Shown one piece after another: positions 24,694 through 32,000 of a stretch of 32,000 nt of DNA. Below the pieces are notes generated by a model. The model was not told where the DNA came from. It did no database searches and was given only the letters and a program-made list of their open reading frames with translations. How positions within the stretch are numbered: position 1 is the stretch's first letter; each line of letters starts with the position of its first letter. This DNA is from Candidatus Heimdallarchaeota archaeon. GTDB lineage: Archaea; Asgardarchaeota; Heimdallarchaeia; JABLTI01. The stretch spans positions 120,001 to 152,000 of the forward strand of contig JAUWKS010000002.1 of NCBI GenBank assembly GCA_030614005.1, in the 5' to 3' direction. The position numbers and the translations under genes are program-made.

Positions 24694-27600
24694 ATGAGTA
24701 AAGCTGTTTCTTCCACAAAAAAACTTCCTCTTTGTCTTTCTATGGGTGTGACAGAGGTGCTAGAAGGAAGGGAGAGCATAACAGGTAAAGACCTTCTAGA
24801 TTATTTTTCTTTACAGGATAAAACATCTTTTCTTACTAACACGAAAAATTTTGTTCTTGTTTGTGGAAATAAACAGAGACCAAATGACTATGAGCCTAAC
24901 AAATTCCTCGGCTCTTTTGGTGTTCGAAGAGCACTAGCAATGAAGAATTACACTCGATTGCCTGTAATTATTGTTACCAATAACCGTTTTGAAACTTCTA
25001 TGCTTATTGAGCAGTTTAATAAACTAACTTCTTGTTTCAAACTATACACATCAAAGAAAAGTCAAAGAGAAAATATTAATGAAGAAATTAAAGCGGACTA
25101 CCCGAATGAAGCAGACTTTATACTGACAACATATAGCTCTTTCTGGGATCAAACAACAAACAAGGATGATCCATCTTCAGAACAAATTATCTTAATCAAT
25201 CCATTAAGACTAAAATATATCATCGAGGATGTAGGCAAATTAGATGTCATTTTTGGCTGTATACATAGGCATAAGCGAATAAGACCGAATTATTCCTTCA
25301 TTCTTGATGAAGCACACTACCCAATTCTATCAAAGAAAGATTATCAATTCTTATTTAAAGCAGGCAATAGTCTTTTCTTTAGATGCAAAGAGAGAATGCT
25401 TTTAGAATATAATAATCCATTCAGAGAAGCTATTTCTCACCTAACTAGTGATCAATTCCAGCTATTTATTTTCACAGATCTTTTTAGGGGAAGAAAACTG
25501 ATAAAAGAACTGGTTAAAGAGTTCAAATCAACTTTTACTTATAAAATGTACCTCTACAGTAATGGTATTTTTCCAACAATTGATGAAAAATTGCCTTCAA
25601 AAGAACTTCTTAAAGAAAAGAATAGGCTTGATAAGAAAGTTTTAAGTGGAATTGTAAAACAAATACATTTATTCACAAAAGGAAGCAACACCAAAACGAT
25701 AACAGGAAAAGTAACTTACAGCGATTTTGATTTTAACGTTGGCCTCAGTAAACAAGAGATATCTCGAACGTATTCCTGGGATAAACCAAAAGAAGCAGCA
25801 AGATTCCTTCCGGTAGTCACTAAGGAAGAAGGAAGATTCAAACTTAGCGCTCTAGGAGAAGAAATATTTGGTGTGTCATCATGGTTTAGTGGTGTTGAGG
25901 ACAATTTTAGCGAACTTTTAGCTCACTTTTCTAGGATCCTTTACAAAAACAAGAAGGAAAACCACAAATTTTCCGTGAAAGAGATAATCATTTTTTATCT
26001 TCAAATGATAGATTGCAATTATGAAACAGTGAAAAGATTTGAGGAGGCAATTCCTGAAAAGTTAGACACAGAAAAAAAGAATGACCAAATGATCGCAATC
26101 CTTGAAAAGAAATTCAAGCCACTAGTTAAAAATTTCAAAAGAGTTTCAGCAAAAAAAATCCTTGGTGCTTTTGAAAAATTAATGAATACTGAAGCATACA
26201 TTTTCTATCAACAATTCAAGAATTATAAGAAAGAAGAGAAACGTTCCTGGGAAGAGAGAAGGAGAAAAGCGGTCCTAAGAAAAGCAAATTATCAGCCCTT
26301 AGCTGTGAAATTCACAGGTGATTATTATCACATGTTTTGGCAAGACGCCAAGAAGTTATTGGAAGAATTAGTTGAAGAAGGGCGACTTGTCAGGATTATT
26401 TCTTACAATGGTAGAGGAAAACCGATACTAAAGTACCTTACTCAAGAATTACTGGATGCGAACCCTCATTTCCAAAAGAATTGCGGGAACTGTCAATGGT
26501 ACAATCAACGCTTCAAAACATGCACCTTTTTACGTTTAAAACAAGCGAAAAACCCGAGTACAATGACAAAAGAAGAATTTGAATATGCTAATGATACACT
26601 AAGATTTGAAGCAACTGCTTGTGAGAAGTACATAGAAAAAGATGATTTTCAGTCGATGGAAGGCAATGTTAAGTTCACTGCTACCGTTGAGAAGTTAACT
26701 AAAGATATGAAGAATATATCAATGAGCTTTTTATCAGGAGATATTGCAGAGTACAAGTATCATTGTCTTTCTTGCCAGGAACAAATAGAAGAATTTGGTA
26801 CAGGTGATAGAATCTTCTTTCCAAGGAGAAGAATTATTTGTCCTAACTGTTCGACAGTTTATCTTCAACTAAAAGATCGGAAAAAAGTAAAAGTGAAAAT
26901 GGAGGAAAGAGATCATCAAAGAAGCTTATACTTCAAAGAAACTGGGACCATTACTGACGTTTTGAGGAAGAAAGATTCTGCTCGTGTTTTTGTCATACAT
27001 GACATAGATAGTGCTAGATTAAGAATCAACGAAGAAAATGATGAGCCACCTTATTTTCTAGTGATAGGTAAAAATGAAATAGCTCTGGATTTGGTGCAGT
27101 TTGTCTATTTTTCAGGTATACGTCATCAAGAATTAGAAGAAACAATGTGGTTACTAGCGGACCTTGATTCTGAAAGATACAAATACAAAATTAAGCGAAC
27201 AGAACAAAAGTCAAAGAAGAAAAAAGCAAAAAGTCGATATAAAAGACCCTTTTCAGCTGAAGACTATTCCAATATCATAAAAATAATCAAAAAAAGCTCC
27301 GATAAAGAAATATTCAACCATCAATTTTTGGAAGCAAGGCTTATCTCAAATATTGCTGGAATGTTATCAATAAAATATGAAATAGAAATGGAAAGCTTCT
27401 CTGACTGGCATTACAATCACCAATTGTTGGAAATGGTTGATTTGCATATGAAAGTAATTGGCGGAGAAGTAAAGTCAAGCTATTATGGAACTCAATTAGA
27501 AGCACTTAGCAACAAGCACTTTTTTGACTTTTTGAAGGGAGAAGCTGCGAGAGTAGGTCTCTGGTCAAAAGGGCGAGTGAATAGCAGGCTAGTGATAGAT

Positions 27601-28872
27601 ATGCTTAAATCCTTCAGCCAAAAGGTTAGTAGTGCTTTTTCACCTTTAGATGCTTTACTGAATCAAATGTTGCGCTCATTCAGAGTAGAATTAGATCCGT
27701 TGTTTCACAGGATGGGCATGGATCCTGCAATGTTAGGTCCAGGTTTGTTTCATAGACGAAAAACAAAATCTGATATTGACCAGCTAGGTTTTTACTTCGA
27801 CTTAATAGAAGCTGTGCGAGTTCTAGTGCTTGTAACTATTGTTAAAGCTATTCGAGATGGCACCCTCGGTTTTGATGATTGTAAATACGTACTAGGTGAG
27901 GATGGACAAGAGATCTATCAAGTGAAAGGTTCTTCCCTGGATAAATTCACCAATCTGGTTTCAGAAGCTCTTGAACAAACCGTTTCACATCAAGGGCAAA
28001 GAATGACTTTTAAACAAGCTTTTGAATTCAATCTTTTGTGCTTAAGAGTTGCTTTTGAAAAATGTCTTTCAGAGATAGAAGAACATAAACAAATTACTTT
28101 GAAAAAAATCAAGAAGTGTTTTGATGATTCACTTTTTATTTCATTTACTTTCTGCCCTGAAGGACTAGAAGAGAAGTTAATAGATTTAAATCGATTTGCA
28201 AGTAAAGAAGGAGTAATTTTCTTTGGAAAAGAACAAGAAGTTTTGGAACGAAAAGAAACAAGAGAAAAATATAGAAAAGAAGTAAAGAGTCATTGGTACA
28301 ACGAAAATGTGATTAAAAAGCTAAATGCTTTTCGGTTGACCAAACATCAAATTAAAGAGCAAGATAGAAGTTTGCTTGTTATTTTGTTGTTATTGTACAA
28401 TACTTTTGAAAGAGATTTTACAATTGATGAATACTCAACTAATCATTTTAAGGAATTACTTGGAATAACTCAAAACCAAGTACAGAGATTACTTGATCAA
28501 ATGGTTTCCAGTGGATTGCTTCTTCGAGAGAAAGTAAATAGAAAGAATTTCTACGAGTTAAATCTTAAAAATCTAAATGTTAAGGACTTTCGTTTTCTTC
28601 TTGGAGTAAATCTCTCTTTAGAGGAACATCTTCAAAGAGAGTTTATCATCAATATTCCTCCTCATTTAGAGCGAGTTGAAAAGATTATTTCTCAAATCAA
28701 ATTGCTTCCTACTAATCAACAAAAAGTCATAAGAAGTAATTTTTGGTTTGATTGGGAACCAACAGAAATTATTCGAAGAGTAATTGTTTGGGCAGAAGAG
28801 AAAGCTGTAACTAGTAAAGCATTTTTCAAAATGATAGGTGATATTCATGGTAAAAAGCAGTTACATTTTTAA
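24694..28872 (+). CDS. cas1: Giant multidomain Cas1-family integrase: degenerate SF2 helicase-like N-terminus, wHTH/Cys clusters, Cas1 domain, C-terminal wHTH
   Basis: LEALSNKHFF, SPLDALLNQML, GMDPAMLGPGLFH and FYFDLIEAVR match the Cas1 core. CGNCQW, CLSC and CPNC parallel the 674-aa Cas1. LTTYSSF and FILDEAH lie in the N-terminus. Confidence 0.82.
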   Translation: MSKAVSSTKKLPLCLSMGVTEVLEGRESITGKDLLDYFSLQDKTSFLTNTKNFVLVCGNKQRPNDYEPNKFLGSFGVRRALAMKNYTRLPVIIVTNNRFETSMLIEQFNKLTSCFKLYTSKKSQRENINEEIKADYPNEADFILTTYSSFWDQTTNKDDPSSEQIILINPLRLKYIIEDVGKLDVIFGCIHRHKRIRPNYSFILDEAHYPILSKKDYQFLFKAGNSLFFRCKERMLLEYNNPFREAISHLTSDQFQLFIFTDLFRGRKLIKELVKEFKSTFTYKMYLYSNGIFPTIDEKLPSKELLKEKNRLDKKVLSGIVKQIHLFTKGSNTKTITGKVTYSDFDFNVGLSKQEISRTYSWDKPKEAARFLPVVTKEEGRFKLSALGEEIFGVSSWFSGVEDNFSELLAHFSRILYKNKKENHKFSVKEIIIFYLQMIDCNYETVKRFEEAIPEKLDTEKKNDQMIAILEKKFKPLVKNFKRVSAKKILGAFEKLMNTEAYIFYQQFKNYKKEEKRSWEERRRKAVLRKANYQPLAVKFTGDYYHMFWQDAKKLLEELVEEGRLVRIISYNGRGKPILKYLTQELLDANPHFQKNCGNCQWYNQRFKTCTFLRLKQAKNPSTMTKEEFEYANDTLRFEATACEKYIEKDDFQSMEGNVKFTATVEKLTKDMKNISMSFLSGDIAEYKYHCLSCQEQIEEFGTGDRIFFPRRRIICPNCSTVYLQLKDRKKVKVKMEERDHQRSLYFKETGTITDVLRKKDSARVFVIHDIDSARLRINEENDEPPYFLVIGKNEIALDLVQFVYFSGIRHQELEETMWLLADLDSERYKYKIKRTEQKSKKKKAKSRYKRPFSAEDYSNIIKIIKKSSDKEIFNHQFLEARLISNIAGMLSIKYEIEMESFSDWHYNHQLLEMVDLHMKVIGGEVKSSYYGTQLEALSNKHFFDFLKGEAARVGLWSKGRVNSRLVIDMLKSFSQKVSSAFSPLDALLNQMLRSFRVELDPLFHRMGMDPAMLGPGLFHRRKTKSDIDQLGFYFDLIEAVRVLVLVTIVKAIRDGTLGFDDCKYVLGEDGQEIYQVKGSSLDKFTNLVSEALEQTVSHQGQRMTFKQAFEFNLLCLRVAFEKCLSEIEEHKQITLKKIKKCFDDSLFISFTFCPEGLEEKLIDLNRFASKEGVIFFGKEQEVLERKETREKYRKEVKSHWYNENVIKKLNAFRLTKHQIKEQDRSLLVILLLLYNTFERDFTIDEYSTNHFKELLGITQNQVQRLLDQMVSSGLLLREKVNRKNFYELNLKNLNVKDFRFLLGVNLSLEEHLQREFIINIPPHLERVEKIISQIKLLPTNQQKVIRSNFWFDWEPTEIIRRVIVWAEEKAVTSKAFFKMIGDIHGKKQLHF

Positions 28873-31800
28873 CAAGAAAGAAATCTTCCCGATTAATCCT
28901 GGTAAACCCCGAAAATGGATCACTATTCATAACCTTCCTGCTACTGAACCAAGGAAAATAACTGGTCTCACATGGCAAGAAGTACTACCTGGTTATGCTC
29001 AAGCTTTAGCAGAAGTGATCGAAGAAATAACTGGTAGTAAGAACCCCTATGAGCACCAAGAACAAGCAATAAAGCATTTATTGAATAATTCTGCTAATAA
29101 GAAATGCCTGGACCTCATAATTAAAGGTGGAACTTATTCAGGAAAATCACTATCTTTCATCGTTCCTGGTATCATCAAGCAAATAAATGAGGAAACGGAT
29201 TTTACAGTCATTTTTTACCCTTCGAAACAATTACTCCTAGACCAATTTGAAAGAGTGAAAGAGTATTTGGTGAAATTCGAGGAAAAAACAGGCATCAGAT
29301 TAATTTGTGAAAAGTACAGTGGAGATACTGGAAATACTAATTACTCTAAAGGGGTAGCTCGTGTAAATGATCAAGAGCTGAATAATTTAGAACAGAACCC
29401 GCCGAATGTCTTGCTTGCCACTTTTGACAAATTTTGGCATCATTATGAGAGTGGGAACAGCAGTCCGTTAATAAAGAAAATAGCATCTGCAAATTATCTT
29501 GTTTTTGATGAGATACATGCATTTGACGGTTACGCTGCAGGTAACATTAAGGGCTTTATTGCTATTCACAAGAAAGCTAATCCTCAGGGGCAATTTATAC
29601 TTTCCTCTGCTACTATAGCTAATGTTGAAGGATTCAGAGACGATTTCTTGCCTAATGCTAAAATAATTACTTGCCCACCAGTGAGAGGAGAACAAGTGTA
29701 TGTTGGCACAACAATTGAACACACAGTTTCACTGCTTGCAGATTTCTGGAAAGAAATGGAAAAAATGCCAGGAAAAACCGGTCTTGTTTTCCTTGATTCG
29801 AAAGAAAACATCGAATTATTAACAGACCTACTCTGTAGGAAACTCAAGCAGGATGACCCTTTCTTTGATCCTGACACTGTGCAGATGATCCACGCAGATT
29901 TGGAATATTATCATCGTAAAAGAGTGCAAGATGAGCTTCGAAAAGGAAATAGAAATATTATTAGAATTCTCATCTCTTCCTCAGTCTTGGAGCTTGGTGT
30001 AAATATCCCTAACATTCAAACAGTATTTAATATTGGCATTCCGATAACACAGAAAGATGGTATTATTCAAAGGATGGCTCGCAATCGCTCTGTTCCCGGT
30101 GAAAGAAGAACGAATGTTTTTCTGTTCGACCTTTCTAAGAAACGTGACAGTTTTTACTGGAACAATAAGGAAATCCTCAAGGACATTCTTGAAACGAATG
30201 CTTGTAACCCTATTCTTTATCCCAAACTTAACCCGAAGATATTGGCGGGGCAAATTATCTTGCACCTTAGATACGGTATTAATGACTTTGGAGAGATAAT
30301 GCAATTCTTCCTTGATCAAGGACCACAAGTTTATCGCTTAGCAAGACAACAATACACTAAACTTGTTAGTTTAAATGTCCTGAAAAAAAGCAGCGATGGT
30401 AAAGTTCTCTTCACAAGCCAAGGAGAAAAAAAGCTAAAAGTGCAAGCAAAAAAGAAAAATCATCTTGTTCCGTTCTCCATACGAGCTATTAAAAATAATT
30501 GGTCTATTAAGAAAAAATTTGGAGAAAGTTCTTACTGGCATGAAAATAGAAAATCTAGTCTTGGTAAGATCTCTACCAAGGATGTTTTAAAGAAAGGATT
30601 GCCTGACAATATTATTACTCGTAACAAAAAACAGTATCTTGTTACGGATAAAGATCAGCAATTAAGAACTATTTACGTTAAAGAATTACTTTCTAAAGAA
30701 AAAAGTGCTGGAAATTTTTCCGGAATAACTAATCGTTTACTTGACCCTCAGATAACTCCTGGTGTTTTCTCTAAGAAAGTTAAAGGAACAAAAATAGTTG
30801 ACATTAGTTTTGGTCAAGTTTCAATTAAGCAACAACCTTTAGCTATTGTTAACTCTAATCCCGAAAAAATTAGTTCTAATAATACTCATGTAAAGGATAA
30901 CAAGAACTTTTTTTGGCAAGAATTAACCCCAAAACGCTCGGAAGAATTGGCTAATACTGAAAAGTCAGATGGATTAGCCATTACATTAACTTCTGATATT
31001 CCAAAACCAAAAGAACTTACAACTAAGAAATTACTAGAATATTTTGGGCGCGTCCTACAAGTTGAGATTGAAACCGTTCTTTCAATTCCAGGTAGTGAAT
31101 TCGCACTTGCGATTAATACTAATCAATTAGCAATTTATGATAAAGGAGACCCAAATGGAAACTCAGAGTATTTGTTTAGTCATTTACAAAAAGTCGCTGC
31201 TCGAACGCTCAAAAGATTGACAGATTGTTCTTGTGAAAATGGTTGCAAAAATTGTTATGGTGAAATTCTTGGCTTATTTCCTAAAGGAGTAAAAGAATCA
31301 CTAAAAATACTTTTCAAGGATTTAACGCTGATTTCTGAAGTGGAGTTTGATGATGAATTGTTGCATGAAATCAATCCTGAGCAAATGAATTTCAAAGAAA
31401 ACAGAATTATTGCTTTTTCAGATATTCATCTTACAAACAAGCTTTGTTTCCAGGAAGAATTTTTCGAAGCGCTCAAAGAGCAGAGTAAACAAGCTGATAT
31501 TATCATCATCAATGGTGATTTATTAGATACTATTTCAGAAGATAGTTATCAGGCTTTTAGTGAATTCAAAAGCATGGCTATACGTGAAGGTTTTTGGTCG
31601 AAACTAGTTCTGATACGCAGTTCTTCTATTCATGACGGCAATCTTGAGCAATTCACAGGTTTCCTCCATCAAGATTATGTTGAAGTTGAGATCGGTTCTG
31701 AACAAGTATTATTCGTCCACGGAAATAGGATCGGCATAAATCCTAGTTTAGTAGATAAAACAAGTATAGGAAAAGCTGTCTTTGAAGCAAAAAAGGCTTT

Positions 31801-32000
31801 AATAAAGCCGGGCAAGATTTGGCTTCCTGTTATTCTCCCTGAAACTCATCTTGTTATTGGCCATGTTCATCTCCGATTTTATAATGAACGCTTTCGAGTT
31901 TATGGTTCTGGTCACTGGACAAAAAAAGGTGACCCTTACAATCAACGATGCATGATAATTCTTGACCCTAATTCTTTAGATGTGCCAAAAATCGTTTCAT
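28847..32000 (+). CDS. DEAD/DEAH helicase with DUF1998 (YprA/Hrq1-like) fused to a calcineurin-like metallophosphoesterase; 3'-truncated by the window and absent from the ORF track
   Basis: ATG 28847 after a GGTGA SD, overlapping the cas1 end. Checked in one frame: PYEHQ, GGTYSGKS, VFDEIH (29507), SSAT, CSCENGCKNC (31226), FSDIH (31421), NGD, VHGN, GHVH (31862). No stop seen in the segments I translated; at least 1051 aa. Confidence 0.88.
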   Translation, partial: MVKSSYIFNKKEIFPINPGKPRKWITIHNLPATEPRKITGLTWQEVLPGYAQALAEVIEEITGSKNPYEHQEQAIKHLLNNSANKKCLDLIIKGGTYSGKSLSFIVPGIIKQINEETDFTVIFYPSKQLLLDQFERVKEYLVKFEEKTGIRLICEKYSGDTGNTNYSKGVARVNDQELNNLEQNPPNVLLATFDKFWHHYESGNSSPLIKKIASANYLVFDEIHAFDGYAAGNIKGFIAIHKKANPQGQFILSSATIANVEGFRDDFLPNAKIITCPPVRGEQVYVGTTIEHTVSLLADFWKEMEKMPGKTGLVFLDSKENIELLTDLLCRKLKQDDPFFDPDTVQMIHADLEYYHRKRVQDELRKGNRNIIRILISSSVLELGVNIPNIQTVFNIGIPITQKDGIIQRMARNRSVPGERRTNVFLFDLSKKRDSFYWNNKEILKDILETNACNPILYPKLNPKILAGQIILHLRYGINDFGEIMQFFLDQGPQVYRLARQQYTKLVSLNVLKKSSDGKVLFTSQGEKKLKVQAKKKNHLVPFSIRAIKNNWSIKKKFGESSYWHENRKSSLGKISTKDVLKKGLPDNIITRNKKQYLVTDKDQQLRTIYVKELLSKEKSAGNFSGITNRLLDPQITPGVFSKKVKGTKIVDISFGQVSIKQQPLAIVNSNPEKISSNNTHVKDNKNFFWQELTPKRSEELANTEKSDGLAITLTSDIPKPKELTTKKLLEYFGRVLQVEIETVLSIPGSEFALAINTNQLAIYDKGDPNGNSEYLFSHLQKVAARTLKRLTDCSCENGCKNCYGEILGLFPKGVKESLKILFKDLTLISEVEFDDELLHEINPEQMNFKENRIIAFSDIHLTNKLCFQEEFFEALKEQSKQADIIIINGDLLDTISEDSYQAFSEFKSMAIREGFWSKLVLIRSSSIHDGNLEQFTGFLHQDYVEVEIGSEQVLFVHGNRIGINPSLVDKTSIGKAVFEAKKALIKPGKIWLPVILPETHLVIGHVHLRFYNERFRVYGSGHWTKKGDPYNQRCMIILDPNSLDVPKIVS

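Larger units (their letters stand above)
1640..32000. mobile_element. tRNA-Asp-adjacent accessory/defence island made of several related modules; right end outside the window
   Basis: Starts right after a tRNA with a partial 3'-end duplicate. Repeated paralogs, a truncated cas7, TA genes, TnpB and Cas1 integrases; no housekeeping genes recognised. Confidence 0.7.

Noticed and set aside
222-30328. Many 60-115-aa track ORFs antisense to or nested in long genes (e.g. 2492-2701, 21495-21839, 29981-30328)
   Set aside because: They are shadows of well-supported overlapping CDSs and show no domain signatures.
1-32000. Canonical CRISPR array for the cas1/cas4/cas7 or TnpB genes
   Set aside because: No run of 25-40-nt repeats with unique spacers in any intergenic region. 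The GTTAAGA...GAAAC units at 1790-1827 are only two, unequal in length and one base apart.

Overview
AT-rich archaeal DNA, shown by BHB-type tRNA introns and GGTGA/GGAG Shine-Dalgarno motifs. The gene set resembles Asgard archaea (inference). A host-like beta-helix gene and a tRNA-Asp(GUC) with two introns are followed by an accessory island of about 30 kb that runs off the right end. It has no CRISPR array, cas2, cas3, cas6, PolB or tyrosine integrase in the window. It carries: (i) a two-gene class 1-derived effector, Cas7 plus a Cas5-like RAMP fused to a permuted Cas10-type HD nuclease. Just downstream lies a possible single guide: GTAGAAAC tag, a segment antisense to the tRNA-Asp 3' end with mismatches exactly 6 nt apart, then a hairpin. 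(ii) Three paralogous free-standing LAGLIDADG-HTH genes, two followed by a homologous structured ~80-nt element and then a diverged Cas1 operon. One operon encodes a 674-aa Cas1 plus Cas4. The other encodes a 1392-aa Cas1 plus a DEAD/DUF1998 helicase-metallophosphoesterase that the ORF track missed. (iii) A cas7 fragment, two AbrB-like genes, a DUF4258/YgiT-type TA pair, a NERD-NACHT protein and an orphan TnpB. The leading hypothesis, inferred and not shown, is a family of Cas1-integrase mobile elements that home to tRNA-Asp, possibly guided by the array-less Cas7/Cas5-HD complex.
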